Positions 1-9,018 of a stretch of DNA of 24,761 nt are shown here, piece by piece. The notes under the pieces are model-generated. The model was not told where the DNA came from. It did not search any database and saw nothing but the letters and a program-made list of their open reading frames with translations. The position numbers and the translations under genes were made by a program. The DNA is taken from positions 1 to 24,761 of IMG/VR virus record IMGVR_UViG_3300037313_000829; one strand, given 5' to 3'. The stretch's first letter is position 1, and every line of letters starts with the position of its first letter. The DNA comes from a virus (lineage: Duplodnaviria > Caudoviricetes).

Positions 1-102
1 GCTCACTCGCAGATTTTTTTCGTGCGGGGCGATTATTTCCCACCGGGCGGTGGCGAATGGCGGTGCCGGTGGTCTGGGCTCGGCTGGTGGCGGTAGGGAA
101 AT
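1..102. promoter_or_regulatory. Possible packaging (cos-proximal) region upstream of terS
   Basis: Non-coding DNA directly upstream of terS. It contains CTCACTCGCAGATTTTTTT (2-20) and an imperfect inverted repeat, ATTTCCCACCG (35-45) / CGGTAGGGAAAT (91-102). In HK97-like phages cos lies just upstream of terS. The site itself is not identified. Confidence 0.3.
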
Positions 103-164
103 CAACGGGTTGCGGAAGGCTGATGGTCGGAAAATGTTGAAATTCGAATGTTTATTCCCATTCC

Positions 165-689
165 ATGCTGGCAGTGATGGATTATCCCCAAGTTGACCTG
201 TTCGGCAACCCTTATGATCCCGGCGGTCGTAAGCAGGGGCGGCCGGAGCACAAGCCGACCGAGGAGAGCATCATCAACGTCATGGTGCTAATCGCGTCGG
301 GTCAGACGAACAAGGAAATCGCCAACACGCTCGGCCTCGACGTGAAGACGCTACGCCGGCACTACGATCATCTACTGAAGCAGCGCAGCGTGATGTTCGA
401 CCGGTTGAAATCGAAACTGCGAACCGAACAGATTCGTCTCGGCCTAGCCGGCAACGCCGCGGCGCTCTCCAATGCGATAAAGATGCTGGACGCCGTCGGC
501 GCCGAACGCGCTGCGCGTACACTCAAGGATAGAGCCGCGAACCAGTCGACGGCAAAGGGTTACGTCTCCAAGAAGGAGCAAAGCCTCCAGGCTGCCCAGG
601 CAGTCGGCGGAAAATATGCAGTTCGACCACCGCCGCGGTTGGTTGCGAATGGCGGGCAGGTCGTTGGCGAAGAGAGCGGCGAGGGCTGA
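165..689 (+). CDS. terS: Terminase small subunit (HTH-containing); alternative start ATG at 177
   Basis: HTH-like segment TNKEIANTLGLDVKTLRRHY; 174 aa; immediately upstream of terL. Confidence 0.8.
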   Translation: MLAVMDYPQVDLFGNPYDPGGRKQGRPEHKPTEESIINVMVLIASGQTNKEIANTLGLDVKTLRRHYDHLLKQRSVMFDRLKSKLRTEQIRLGLAGNAAALSNAIKMLDAVGAERAARTLKDRAANQSTAKGYVSKKEQSLQAAQAVGGKYAVRPPPRLVANGGQVVGEESGEG

Positions 690-695
690 TCCGCC

Positions 696-2498
696 ATGTC
701 ACGGATAAGCACGGCATGCCCGGATTGGGAGCGCCGGATCGTCAATCGCGAAAGCCTGATCCCGTTCGAGCCGTTCTTTCCGGAGGCAGCGGCGGAAGCC
801 TTGGCGGTATTCAAGGGACTGCAGATTACAGACCTGCCGCAGGTCTACGACAAGAAGCTGGGCCGCAACCGGCATCCGACCTTCGGCGAGGCCTGCGAGC
901 AATATGTTTTCGATTTTGTTGCCGCCATCTTCGGTGCGTATGATGCGGAGACGGGCCGCCGCTTGATCGAGGAGGTGATGCTCCTCATCTCGAAGAAGAA
1001 CATCAAGTCGACGCTCGCCGCCGGCATTATGCTCACTGCCCTGATCCTAAACTGGCGCCATCACCAAGAGTTGCTGATCCTGGCGCCGACACAGGAAATC
1101 GCCGGCAACTCCTTCAACCCCGCCGCCGCCATGGTGGAGGCGGATCCTGATCTCGCCGACCTCTTTCACGTCAACAGGAACACCAAAGAGATTACCCACA
1201 AGCTGACCAAGGCGGTGCTGAAGGTTGTCTCGGCCGACGCCAATACAGCGGCCGGCAAGAAAGCCGCCTTCGTGCTGATCGAGGAGCTCTGGCTGTTCGG
1301 CAAGAAGGCCGCCGCCGCCGACATGCTGCTGGAAGCCACCGGCGGCCTGATTTCGCGGCCGGAAGGCTTCGTGATCTACATCACCACCCAGTCGGATGCG
1401 CCACCGACAGGCGTGTTCAAGGATAAGCTGGACTATTTCCGCGACGTCCGCGACGGCAGGATCGATGATCCGCACAGCCTTGCGGTGCTCTACGAATTTC
1501 CTGAGGAGATGATCAAGACCGGGGCCTATATGGATCCCGATAATTGGTACATCACCAACCCCAATATGGGCCGCTCCGTCCGCCGCGACTATCTGGAGCG
1601 CAAGCTGCTGAAGGTTCGGAGCGGAGAGGATGAGGAAGGCGACACCTTCCAGAGTTTCCTGGCCAAGCACCTCAATGTCGAGATTGGTATGGGGCTTCGG
1701 GCCAACCGCTGGCCGGGCGCCAACCACTGGGCTAAGGCGATTGATGAAGAATTGGCATCGTTCGAGAATACCTTCGATGCGCTCGATTGCCTGCTGGACC
1801 GTTCCGAAGTCGCGGTGATCGGCGTCGACGGCGGCGGCCTGGACGATCTGTTCGGCCTTACCATCGTCGGCCGTGAGCCGGAGGAAATCGAAGTCCCAGT
1901 CAAGGTCAATGGTCGCGAGACGATTGCCTATATGAAGCGCTGGCTCAGCTGGTCGCATGCATGGTGCCATAAGGACGTTCTGAAGAACCGCAAGAAGATT
2001 GCTCCAGTGCTGATCGACTTCCAGCGGGCCGGGCATCTAACCATCATCGATACCGCCCTCGAGGATGTCGCCTCGATCATCGATCTGGTGAAGTTGGTAA
2101 AAGATCGTGGGCTTTTGGCCTCTGTTGCGGTCGACCCGGCCGGCCTGGGCGAATTCGTCGATGCGTTGGCTATGCCGGAGATCGACGTGACCCAGGAGAA
2201 CGGCACGCTGGTCGGCGTCAACCAAGGCTTTGGCCTGATGAACGCGATCAAGACGGCCGAGCGCCGCCTATCGAGTGGAATGCTGCGCCACGCCGGCGTG
2301 CCGATGATGGCCTGGTGCGTGTCGAACCTGAAGATCGAGCCGACGGCTACGGCGATCCGCGCCACCAAGCAGACCGCCGGCGACGCCAAGATCGACCCGG
2401 CCATGGCCATGTTCGATGCCGTGACCATCATGGTCAGGAATCCAGAAGCGCCCAATCGGCGCTCCATCTATGAGACACGAGGGCTTCGAGTTGCCTAA
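696..2498 (+). CDS. terL: Terminase large subunit (Terminase_1 / HK97-like)
   Basis: Walker A-like ISKKNIKST, Walker B-like FVLIEEL, motif III ITTQ, nuclease acidic motifs GVDGGGLDDL and KIDPAMA; 600 aa. Confidence 0.96.
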   Translation: MSRISTACPDWERRIVNRESLIPFEPFFPEAAAEALAVFKGLQITDLPQVYDKKLGRNRHPTFGEACEQYVFDFVAAIFGAYDAETGRRLIEEVMLLISKKNIKSTLAAGIMLTALILNWRHHQELLILAPTQEIAGNSFNPAAAMVEADPDLADLFHVNRNTKEITHKLTKAVLKVVSADANTAAGKKAAFVLIEELWLFGKKAAAADMLLEATGGLISRPEGFVIYITTQSDAPPTGVFKDKLDYFRDVRDGRIDDPHSLAVLYEFPEEMIKTGAYMDPDNWYITNPNMGRSVRRDYLERKLLKVRSGEDEEGDTFQSFLAKHLNVEIGMGLRANRWPGANHWAKAIDEELASFENTFDALDCLLDRSEVAVIGVDGGGLDDLFGLTIVGREPEEIEVPVKVNGRETIAYMKRWLSWSHAWCHKDVLKNRKKIAPVLIDFQRAGHLTIIDTALEDVASIIDLVKLVKDRGLLASVAVDPAGLGEFVDALAMPEIDVTQENGTLVGVNQGFGLMNAIKTAERRLSSGMLRHAGVPMMAWCVSNLKIEPTATAIRATKQTAGDAKIDPAMAMFDAVTIMVRNPEAPNRRSIYETRGLRVA

Positions 2499-2499
2499 C

Positions 2500-2691
2500 A
2501 TGAACCGCAATGACAACGCTCAGTCGGGCATCAAGGTGGACCGGCAGACCATCCGCGAGGTCATCGGTGTCGTTGGTGCGGCGCTGGCCGGGTATGGGGC
2601 TTGGCTGCATTATCCGCCCGCCGGGTTCATGGTCGGCGGTGGCGTGCTGATCGGGCTGGCGGTGATCGGCACGCTCAGGGGTGGGAACTGA
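2500..2691 (+). CDS. Small two-TM membrane protein between terL and portal (63 aa)
   Basis: ATG 1 nt after the terL stop; two hydrophobic stretches (VIGVVGAALAGYGAWL, AGFMVGGGVLIGLAVIG); its stop lies 2 nt before the portal ATG. Confidence 0.75.
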   Translation: MNRNDNAQSGIKVDRQTIREVIGVVGAALAGYGAWLHYPPAGFMVGGGVLIGLAVIGTLRGGN

Positions 2692-2693
2692 CG

Positions 2694-4013
2694 ATGGGCC
2701 TGTTTTCAGCAATGCTGGGTGGGACCCGGGCGGCGGCCGACACGACGTCACCGTGGCCGGACGACGACGACCGCTGGTATACCGGCGCGATTTCGAGCAT
2801 GAGCAATGCCGGCCGCCGGGTATCTCCTGATGGCGCAATGCGGGTGTCGGCTGCTTATGCCTGTGTCGGGCTGCTGGCCAAGACGGTGGCAACGCTGCCG
2901 CTGCGGATGTACCGCAAGGATCCTGTGACCGGCAAACGGTTCGAGGCGCCCTCCCATCCGCTCAACGATTTGTTGGAATACCAGCCGAATGCCTGGCAGT
3001 CGGCCTGGGATTTCAAGGCGATGATGATGGGGCATCTGGCCCTGCGCGGCAACGGCTATGCCGAGATCGTCGCCGGACCGCGCGGCTTCGCCGACAGTCT
3101 AGAGCCGATTCATCCCGACCGGGTGGTGGTCGACCGGCTGCCGGACAAGAGCATTCGGTACACGGTGTCGGACCCGGTCAAGGGAACGCGGGTGCTGTTG
3201 CAGGACGAGATCCTGCACCTGCGCAGCCATATGGCGCCCGGTGGCCTGGTCGGTTTAAGCCCAGTGACCTATGCCCGCGAGACGATCGGCCTGGCGTTGG
3301 CTGCGGAAGAGCATGGCGCAAGGCTGTTTTCCAATGGTGCGCGGCCGTCCGGCGTCGTCACCGTCGAAAAGTCGATGAGCGACTCAGCTTTCGAGCGGTT
3401 CAAGACGCAGTGGAACCAGATGTATTCCGGCCTTGCCAATGCCGGCAAGACGCCCATTCTCGAAGACGGTGCCAAGTTCGCCCCGATCAGCCTAACATCG
3501 GAAGATGCGCAGTTCCTGCAGACACGCGAATTTCAGATCGAGGAAGTGGCGCGCTGGTTCGACGTGCCGCTGGTGCTGTTGCACCATATGACCAAGACCA
3601 GCTCATGGGGTACGGGCGTCGAGGCGATCATGCTCGCCTTCGTGCGCAACAACCTGATGCCGTGGCTGGGCTGCTGGACCGGCGCCATCCGCCGCGATTT
3701 GATCCTGGCGCCCAACATTTATGAAGCGGCCTTCGATGTCGAGCCGCTGATTGCCGGCGATTCCAAGGCGCAGGCGGATTTCTATTCGCGGCTGGTTCTG
3801 AACGGCGTCCTGACCCGCAACGAGGCGCGGCATGCGCTCGGCTACAACCCGATCGAGGGGCTAGATGAACCGTTGGTGCCGACCAACACGACTACGGCCG
3901 ACAACATGCAGCAGCAGAACAATGCGCCGCCCGCCGGCAACAGCGCGCTTACGGGCCATAACGGCGGACCGGCGATCGACGACGACACCATGGAGCATCG
4001 AGATGACGACTAG
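2694..4013 (+). CDS. Portal protein, HK97 family (439 aa; start moved from 2601 to ATG 2694)
   Basis: Motifs AYACVGLLAKTVATLPL, PNAWQSAWDF, LRGNGYAEI, DAQFLQTREFQIEEVARWFDVP, LTRNEAR. Confidence 0.96.
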   Translation: MGLFSAMLGGTRAAADTTSPWPDDDDRWYTGAISSMSNAGRRVSPDGAMRVSAAYACVGLLAKTVATLPLRMYRKDPVTGKRFEAPSHPLNDLLEYQPNAWQSAWDFKAMMMGHLALRGNGYAEIVAGPRGFADSLEPIHPDRVVVDRLPDKSIRYTVSDPVKGTRVLLQDEILHLRSHMAPGGLVGLSPVTYARETIGLALAAEEHGARLFSNGARPSGVVTVEKSMSDSAFERFKTQWNQMYSGLANAGKTPILEDGAKFAPISLTSEDAQFLQTREFQIEEVARWFDVPLVLLHHMTKTSSWGTGVEAIMLAFVRNNLMPWLGCWTGAIRRDLILAPNIYEAAFDVEPLIAGDSKAQADFYSRLVLNGVLTRNEARHALGYNPIEGLDEPLVPTNTTTADNMQQQNNAPPAGNSALTGHNGGPAIDDDTMEHRDDD

Positions 4014-5316
4014 ATTTCCTCGCCTTCATGCAGCAATCGTGCAGCATCCTTGGGCGATCATGCCCGATCGGCTTGAGGCGATTGCTGAAGTCGTGGAACG
4101 TCGTGCCGAAGGCATTCGCCTGACATCGGAGGAGATCGCCAACATTAAAGGAGAGCGGCAACCGAACGGCGTGCTTTCGCTGTTTTCGGTCGATGGCCTG
4201 CAGCCGATGACGGCGGAGGCCGCACAAGGCCAGCCGCCGGCGCCGAATGCCAGCGTCATCGCGGTGATTTCCGTGTTCGGCATCATCGCCCAGCATGCGG
4301 CCCAGGTCGACGATATCAGCGGCCCGGGCGGCACCTCGACTGAGCGTGTGACCCGCAGCTTTCGCTCCGCGATCAATGATCCGTCCGTCAAGGCCATTGT
4401 TCTGCACATCGACAGCCCTGGCGGCAACGTGCACGGCGTCCAAGCGCTGTTTGACGAAATCATTTCGGCGCGTGGCAACAAGCCAATTGTCGCGCAGGTC
4501 AACAGCTTGGCTGCATCAGCTGCATATTGGATCGCCTGTGCCTGCGATGAGATCGTCGTCACGCCTGGCGGCCAAGTCGGGTCGATTGGTGTCTATGGAC
4601 TGCATCGTGACGTGTCCAAAGCGGCCGACGCCATGGGTGTGAAATTTACCTTCATTTCGGCAGGGAAATACAAGGTCGAAGGCAATCAATACGAGCCGCT
4701 GAGCGATGAGGCGCATCAGGCGCTGCAGGAGCAGATCGACGCCTATTATGCTGATTTCACCGGCGGCGTTGCGCAGGGCCGCGGTGTCAAGCAGGCAGAT
4801 GTCGTCAACGGCTTCGGCGAGGGCCGCGTGGAGAAGGATAAGAAGGCCGTCAAGCTGGGCATGGCCGATCGGGTCGCGACCATGGATGACACGCTCCAGC
4901 GTCTGGCGAAGATGAAGCGGCCGTCTGGGACGAAGGCGCTAGCGGTTGCCGAAATGCAGAGACCGATAGAAGCGGATTCGCTGATGGTTCATCGTAGCGC
5001 CGAAGGTGTGACCACGCTCGACAGCAATATCCCGTCAACGGTCATCGTCTCGACCAGTGTTTTTGATGGTGATGATGATTTACCAATTGATGGTCTGGCG
5101 TCACTGGACGCGGAAGCGCTGCAAATGACGTTTTCGGCCGCAAACGGCGCAGTCGTGTATGAAATCATCGGGATGGACAGCGTTGCGCGCGTGCTGATCG
5201 GACGACTGCTGACCGCCACAATCGAAACCATGCCATCGGCAGAGCAGCAACAGGCCACTGCCGATCGAGATGCCTACCGCCGCCGGCGCCATGCACATCG
5301 CATGCGCAATGCCTGA
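4003..5316 (+). CDS. Head maturation protease, S49 (SppA / lambda gpC-like) family, with C-terminal extension (437 aa)
   Basis: IVLHIDSPGG, AASAAYWIA (catalytic Ser motif), VGSIGV, AGKYKVEGN; ATG 4003 preceded by GGAG and overlapping the portal end. Confidence 0.92.
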   Translation: MTTRFPRLHAAIVQHPWAIMPDRLEAIAEVVERRAEGIRLTSEEIANIKGERQPNGVLSLFSVDGLQPMTAEAAQGQPPAPNASVIAVISVFGIIAQHAAQVDDISGPGGTSTERVTRSFRSAINDPSVKAIVLHIDSPGGNVHGVQALFDEIISARGNKPIVAQVNSLAASAAYWIACACDEIVVTPGGQVGSIGVYGLHRDVSKAADAMGVKFTFISAGKYKVEGNQYEPLSDEAHQALQEQIDAYYADFTGGVAQGRGVKQADVVNGFGEGRVEKDKKAVKLGMADRVATMDDTLQRLAKMKRPSGTKALAVAEMQRPIEADSLMVHRSAEGVTTLDSNIPSTVIVSTSVFDGDDDLPIDGLASLDAEALQMTFSAANGAVVYEIIGMDSVARVLIGRLLTATIETMPSAEQQQATADRDAYRRRRHAHRMRNA

Positions 5317-5406
5317 CTGAAATTCCTTTGCGCCCCACGCGCCGCCGGGTTCGTGGGCTGACTATTGCGCCTTTCTGCCCGGCTTTCCCGTACATGGAGA
5401 ACTGAA

Positions 5407-6744
5407 ATGAGCAATATCAAGGCTCTGAAGCAGAAGCGTGCCGACTTGGTCAAGGAAGCGCAGAGCTTCTTCGACCTCGCGGCCAACGAAAATCGCGTCC
5501 TGACGGAGGCTGAAGCATCCCGTGACGACGCAATCAGCGCCGAACTGACCGATATCGACGCGCAGATCACCCGTGCCGAACGGCAGATGGATCGCCTCCG
5601 CGCACTCGGCGGTGCCCTTGACGCCAATGAAAATGCCGATCGCAACGATGCACAGGGCCGCGGAGGCGAGAAGCGGTTTTCGACCTTGGGCGAGCAGATG
5701 ATGGCAATCGCCCGCGCTGGCAACCCGGATTTACGCGGCCAGACGGATTCCCGCCTCATCATGGCTGGCCCAACCGGCATGTCGGAGGGCATCGCCGCCG
5801 ATGGCGGGTTCTTGGTGCAGACCGACTTCAACAACGAGCTCTTGCAGAGCACCTATGAGGCCGGTGAAATCGCCAGCCGTGTTCGTCGCATCCCGATCGG
5901 CGCCAATTCGAACGGCATCAGCATGAACGGTGTCGACGAAACCAGCCGAGCCAACGGCTCCCGCTGGGGCGGCATTCAGTCGTACTGGACAGGCGAAGCG
6001 CAGCTCAAGACCGCCAGCCAGCCGAAGTTCCGCCGCATCAAGATGGAACTCGATAAGCTGACCGGTCTCTGCTACGCCACCGACGAACTGTTGCAGGACA
6101 GCACGGCGCTGGAAAGCTGGCTGCGCCAAGCGTTCCAGGACGAGTTCACCTTCAAGATCGAGGACGCAATCTTGAACGGCAACGGTTCCGGCATGCCGCT
6201 TGGCATTCTCAACAGCGGCGCCGTGATCACGATCACCAAGGAGACCAACCAGCCGAGCGCCACGATCCAGGCCGAGAACGTCCTCAAAATGTGGGCGCGC
6301 ATGCCGGCCCGCTCGCGCCGCAACGCCGTCTGGATCGTCAATCAGGACGTTGAGCCCCAGCTCTACCAGATGTCAATCAAAGTTAAGAATGTCGCCGGAA
6401 CGGAAAATGTCGGCGGCTTCGCGGTACCGACGATCACCTACACTCCGCCCGGCGTCAACGGCAACGCGTATGGCATGCTGATGGGCCGCCCGGTCATCCC
6501 GGTCGAATATGCAGCCACCCTTGGCACGGCTGGCGACATCATTCTTGCGGACCTAAGTCAATATCTGGCGATCGACAAGGGGCCACTGCAGTCGGCGTCC
6601 TCGATCCACGTGCGGTTCATCTACGATGAAACCGCGTTCCGGTTTGTCTACCGGTTCAATGGGCAACCGATCTGGTCGGCGCCGATGACGCCCTACAAGG
6701 GCAGCAACACCCAGAGCCCATTCATCGTCCTGCAGACCCGCTGA
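5407..6744 (+). CDS. Major capsid protein, HK97 fold, with N-terminal coiled-coil delta-like domain (445 aa)
   Basis: GGAGA SD before ATG 5407; helical N-terminus; DGGFLVQ, WTGEA, ATDELLQDS, ILNGNGSGMPLGIL, LMGRPV, ILADLSQY motifs. Confidence 0.96.
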   Translation: MSNIKALKQKRADLVKEAQSFFDLAANENRVLTEAEASRDDAISAELTDIDAQITRAERQMDRLRALGGALDANENADRNDAQGRGGEKRFSTLGEQMMAIARAGNPDLRGQTDSRLIMAGPTGMSEGIAADGGFLVQTDFNNELLQSTYEAGEIASRVRRIPIGANSNGISMNGVDETSRANGSRWGGIQSYWTGEAQLKTASQPKFRRIKMELDKLTGLCYATDELLQDSTALESWLRQAFQDEFTFKIEDAILNGNGSGMPLGILNSGAVITITKETNQPSATIQAENVLKMWARMPARSRRNAVWIVNQDVEPQLYQMSIKVKNVAGTENVGGFAVPTITYTPPGVNGNAYGMLMGRPVIPVEYAATLGTAGDIILADLSQYLAIDKGPLQSASSIHVRFIYDETAFRFVYRFNGQPIWSAPMTPYKGSNTQSPFIVLQTR

Positions 6745-6751
6745 CCCGCCT

Positions 6752-6773
6752 GAGCCGGCCACCGAGCCGGCTC
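6752..6773 (+). other. GC-rich hairpin after the capsid gene (no U-tract)
   Basis: GAGCCGGC-caccga-GCCGGCTC, perfect 8-bp stem; possible mRNA-stabilising or pause structure. Confidence 0.45.
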
Positions 6774-6810
6774 GTCACCTCTGCCTGTTTGTCCAAAGGA
6801 GACAACGGAA

Positions 6811-7296
6811 ATGACCAAGTTCACTCTCCCGCAGCAGATGAAGATCGTGGAAGCGATTGCCCCTGCTGCAGACGCTGCTGGCCGCAGCTCCGATATTGTC
6901 AGCCTCAAGAATTGCGGCAAGGCCTATATCCTGGTGCATCTCACCCAGGGCAACGCCGCTACCGTGGCACTGACCCCGATGCAGGCGCAGGATGTCGCCG
7001 GAACTGGCGCCAAGGTGCTGGCCAATGCCGTGCCGATCTGGTCGAACCTCGACACGGCGACGTCGGACACCTTGGTACGGCGCACCGATGCGGTGAACTA
7101 TACGACCGATGCCGCGCTCAAGAACAAGATCGTCATCTTCGAAATCGATCCCGCCTTGCTCGACGTGGCCAATGGCTTCGATTGCGTCTACTTCACCACG
7201 GGCGCGTCCAATGCGGCAAACATCACCCAGGCGATGTTCCTGCTCGCAGACTACCGCTACCAGATGTCGACGCCGCCTTCTGCGATCATCGACTGA
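6811..7296 (+). CDS. Putative capsid decoration / head-associated protein (161 aa)
   Basis: AAGGAG SD; directly after the capsid gene; beta-strand-rich Ala/Thr/Val sequence. Function is by position only. Confidence 0.6.
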   Translation: MTKFTLPQQMKIVEAIAPAADAAGRSSDIVSLKNCGKAYILVHLTQGNAATVALTPMQAQDVAGTGAKVLANAVPIWSNLDTATSDTLVRRTDAVNYTTDAALKNKIVIFEIDPALLDVANGFDCVYFTTGASNAANITQAMFLLADYRYQMSTPPSAIID

Positions 7297-7304
7297 CTTT
7301 GCTC

Positions 7305-7334
7305 TTGGCCGCCGCTCGCCCGGCGGCCAATTTT
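7305..7334 (+). terminator. Probable intrinsic terminator/attenuator after capsid and decoration genes
   Basis: TTGGCCGCCG-ctcgcc-CGGCGGCCAA, 10-bp perfect stem followed by TTTT; the short U-tract suggests partial read-through. Confidence 0.6.
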
Positions 7335-7357
7335 CCCCCATTTTGTAGGAGCGCGCG

Positions 7358-7957
7358 ATGTTCGTTCGTCAGCTGATCGGCCGTGAAGCCGGAACCATCA
7401 TCAATCTGCCTGCACATGCCGCAGAGGCAAGTTTGCTCGCCGGAACCGTCTCCACGGTCACCGATGAGGAACTTGCGGAGGCTGGCTTGAACGAAACGCC
7501 AGCCGAGCCTTTGCCCTATCCCGAGCAAATGCCTCCCGGCTTCCGCGCCGAACCATCAGAAGATGGCGGTTTCGACGTGCTTGACGCCGGTGGCGTGACG
7601 CTCAATACGGAGTTTATTCCGAACCTGCCGGCCGCCCGTTCGTTTGCCCATGACTATGTCGCGGCCCAGAGCACGACGGCGCCGGCGGTAGATCCTGAGC
7701 CAAACCTCGACAAGCTGTCGCGTGCGGAACTCGACGCGCTGGCGGCAAGCCGCAATATCGATGTGTCCAAGGCGAAGAACAAGGCCGAGGTCGTCGCTTT
7801 GCTGCAGGGCGAAGGTGTCGAGCGCCAACCGGATTTCGGGGCGATGTCGGACGATGAACTCAAGGCTTATGCCGAAGAGCATGAAATCGATCTCGCCGAC
7901 GCAACCGAGCACGCCGACGTCATCGCCGCCATTGAAGCCGCCGCGAAGAACGATTGA
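7358..7957 (+). CDS. Acidic protein with two C-terminal helix-extension-helix (Rho-N/LEM/SAP-like) repeats (199 aa)
   Basis: AGGAG SD; repeats LDKLSRAELDALAASRNIDVSKAKNKAEVVALL and FGAMSDDELKAYAEEHEIDLADATEHADVIAAI. Confidence 0.7.
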   Translation: MFVRQLIGREAGTIINLPAHAAEASLLAGTVSTVTDEELAEAGLNETPAEPLPYPEQMPPGFRAEPSEDGGFDVLDAGGVTLNTEFIPNLPAARSFAHDYVAAQSTTAPAVDPEPNLDKLSRAELDALAASRNIDVSKAKNKAEVVALLQGEGVERQPDFGAMSDDELKAYAEEHEIDLADATEHADVIAAIEAAAKND

Positions 7958-7960
7958 GCC

Positions 7961-8611
7961 ATGCGCAGCCTGCTTGTCGTCCAGACGCCAGCCACAGATC
8001 TGACGCTCCTGACAGTTGCCGAGCGACGTCAGGCTGCCGGGCTTGACGCGAGCGACACCAGCAGAGATGCTGACCTTCTCGCCATGGATCAGCGGCTTGC
8101 GGCGAACATCTGCTCGGAATGCAATATTAGAGCAGGTTCCGGCGGAGAGCCCACTTTGCGTCAGGAAACCTTGGTCGAGACGTTCCGCGTTGTTCGCGGG
8201 GATGCATTGCTGCTCAGCCGTCGACATAATGTCGAGATTACCTCCTTCGACAGCGACGGCACGGCGTTGACGGGCACAGATTTTGTTGTCGATCCAGAGG
8301 CTGGCATCGTCCGCCGTTTGGTCGATGATTTCCTGCGGCCGTGGTGTGCGTCGAAACTGACCGTCACATACAAGGCTGGCTTTGTGACGATCCCATACGA
8401 CCTGAAATCGGCGGCGATCGACTATTTCCGGCTGTCCTGGCTGGACCAGACGCGCGATCCTTTGGTGAAGAGCGAGGAGATTGAGATCGCCGGCATCGAC
8501 CGCACCAAGCGTGATTACTGGATCGGCGCCGTTCCAGGGCAAGAGCCAGAAGGTGCGGTCCCGGCGATTGTCGCAGGCCAGCTGAAACGCTTCCGCAATG
8601 TGCTGATCTGA
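7961..8611 (+). CDS. Head-tail adaptor/connector (HK97 gp6 / SPP1 gp15-like) (216 aa)
   Basis: LLTVAERR N-terminal helix; VTYKAGF..IPYDLKSAAI motif; synteny. Confidence 0.75.
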   Translation: MRSLLVVQTPATDLTLLTVAERRQAAGLDASDTSRDADLLAMDQRLAANICSECNIRAGSGGEPTLRQETLVETFRVVRGDALLLSRRHNVEITSFDSDGTALTGTDFVVDPEAGIVRRLVDDFLRPWCASKLTVTYKAGFVTIPYDLKSAAIDYFRLSWLDQTRDPLVKSEEIEIAGIDRTKRDYWIGAVPGQEPEGAVPAIVAGQLKRFRNVLI

Positions 8612-8613
8612 CC

Positions 8614-9018
8614 ATGGCCGATCTTTCCGACACGCCCTCCGGCGCCATCGCCCGCCTCGATGCGGCCCTTGCGCAGCATGGCGAGGACATCATCCTGCGG
8701 CGGACGGTCAGGCGCAGCGGCGTGGATGTCGTCGTCGATGTCGCCTGCCGGGCATTCGTGCGGGCGGTGAGCGCGCAGGAGATCGTCGGTAGCATCAAGG
8801 CTACCGACGTCAACGTGGTGATTTCGCCGACGGAAATCCTGGCCGCCGGATGGCCCGGGCAGGACGACGTAACGCCGGCCGGCTTGAATGCCGACCAGCA
8901 TCATCCGCGCATCACCGACACGGCGATCGTGCAGGGCAAGCCAAGGCAGGTCAGGCTGTCGAAGCCGATCCTGATGGGTGGGACCTGGGTTCGGTGCGAC
9001 ATGGTGGCGGGCGGATGA
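8614..9018 (+). CDS. Head closure / head-tail joining protein (134 aa)
   Basis: Beta-rich small protein directly after the adaptor; assignment by synteny. Confidence 0.6.
   Translation: MADLSDTPSGAIARLDAALAQHGEDIILRRTVRRSGVDVVVDVACRAFVRAVSAQEIVGSIKATDVNVVISPTEILAAGWPGQDDVTPAGLNADQHHPRITDTAIVQGKPRQVRLSKPILMGGTWVRCDMVAGG

Noticed and set aside
2601-5406. Longest-ORF starts at 2601, 3865 and 5365 (also 2470, 8850, 9040)
   Set aside because: They overlap upstream genes or lack an SD. Downstream ATGs (2694, 4003, 5407, 2500, 9015, 9109) fit SD position or gene coupling better.
6789-7376. 195-aa Cys/Arg-rich overlapping ORF
   Set aside because: This is an alternative frame over the 6811-7296 gene, which has the SD and normal codon usage.
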